Below, piece by piece: positions 26,417 through 26,794 of a stretch of 26,794 nt of DNA. A program made the translations under genes and the position numbers. The stretch covers positions 1-26,794 of the IMG/VR virus record IMGVR_UViG_3300010966_000053. One strand, 5' to 3'. This DNA comes from a virus (Duplodnaviria; Caudoviricetes). The notes under the pieces are model-generated. The model ran no database searches, was not told the origin of the DNA, and saw nothing but the letters and a program-made list of their open reading frames with translations. Within the stretch, counting starts at the first letter, position 1. Each line of letters starts with the position of its first letter.

Positions 26417-26488
26417 TAGCCCCGCTTGGAATCGAACCAAGATAACCCGCTTAGAAGGCGGGTGTTCTATCCGTTGAACTACGGGGCT
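26417..26488 (-). tRNA. tRNA-Arg(TCT)
   Basis: Minus strand folds as AGCCCCG TA GTTC AACGGATA GAAC A CCCGC CTTCTAA GCGGG TTAT CTTGG TTCGATT CCAAG CGGGGCT A (72 nt). All stems pair, anticodon TCT, A20 arginine identity element present, CCA not encoded. Confidence 0.95.
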
Positions 26489-26502
26489 GTATCAATTATT
26501 TG

Positions 26503-26793
26503 TTAGAACGGAATAGCGTCTTCGGAAGGTTCGTCGTCAACGGAGTTGCCGCTTTCGCTGTTCTTCATGGCCCACAGAGCCTGTGCAGACGACTTAAGCG
26601 ACAAGTCCTTGATGCCGACCTTGCCGGTCTTTTCCCAAGGCTTAGGTTCCCACGTATTCGCCCAGTAGTTGAGGTCATTAAGAGGGAGGTCTTGAAGAGC
26701 CGTGCCCTTTGCCTTGCCAAACGGAACAGGCAGGGAGAAGTCAACCTCTCCAGTCGCTAACTTAGAAGCAGACGGATTAGCGATGAACTTACC
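26503..26793 (-). CDS. 3' end of a probable ssDNA-binding or recombination protein with DUF3820-like motif and SSB-type acidic tail (5'-truncated; not in the ORF track)
   Basis: Open frame from the window edge: GKFIANPSASKLATGEVDFSLPVPFGKAKGTALQDLPLNDLNYWANTWEPKPWEK...NSVDDEPSEDAIPF*. Confidence 0.75.
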   Translation of the reverse strand, partial: GKFIANPSASKLATGEVDFSLPVPFGKAKGTALQDLPLNDLNYWANTWEPKPWEKTGKVGIKDLSLKSSAQALWAMKNSESGNSVDDEPSEDAIPF

Positions 26794-26794
26794 T

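Noticed and set aside
26417-26488. tRNA as a prophage attachment site or boundary
   Set aside because: No integrase or duplicated tRNA 3' end in the window, and phage-like genes with the same k-mer avoidance lie on both sides.
26500-26760. 86-aa + strand ORF from the track
   Set aside because: Antisense shadow of the better supported - strand frame ending in DAIPF.

Overview
A gene-dense segment of a tailed dsDNA bacteriophage with a podovirus-like layout. The + strand (1-23335) is one tightly packed late operon: portal C-terminus, small head-associated protein, scaffold, major capsid protein (SU10/DUF5309-like), head-tail adaptor, small virion proteins, a Tyr/Gly-rich repeat protein, tail nozzle, tail fibre, three probable DNA-ejection proteins (287, 930 and about 2680 aa) and a holin / lysozyme-like / lipoprotein lysis cassette. 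A PAPS-reductase-fold (PP-loop) gene sits between two of the ejection genes. The - strand (23416-26794) carries convergent genes: three HTH-like proteins, a calcineurin-like metallophosphoesterase, a minimal C5-methyltransferase-like protein, small hypotheticals, tRNA-Arg(TCT) and the 3' end of a protein ending in an SSB-like tail (DAIPF). Most notable: the PAPS-reductase-like enzyme coupled into the ejection-protein cluster, a candidate single-molecule spanin with a three-helix membrane anchor, and the apparent absence of GATC, AGCT and GTAC from the whole window. All functional calls come from motif recognition and synteny by eye; no searches were run.
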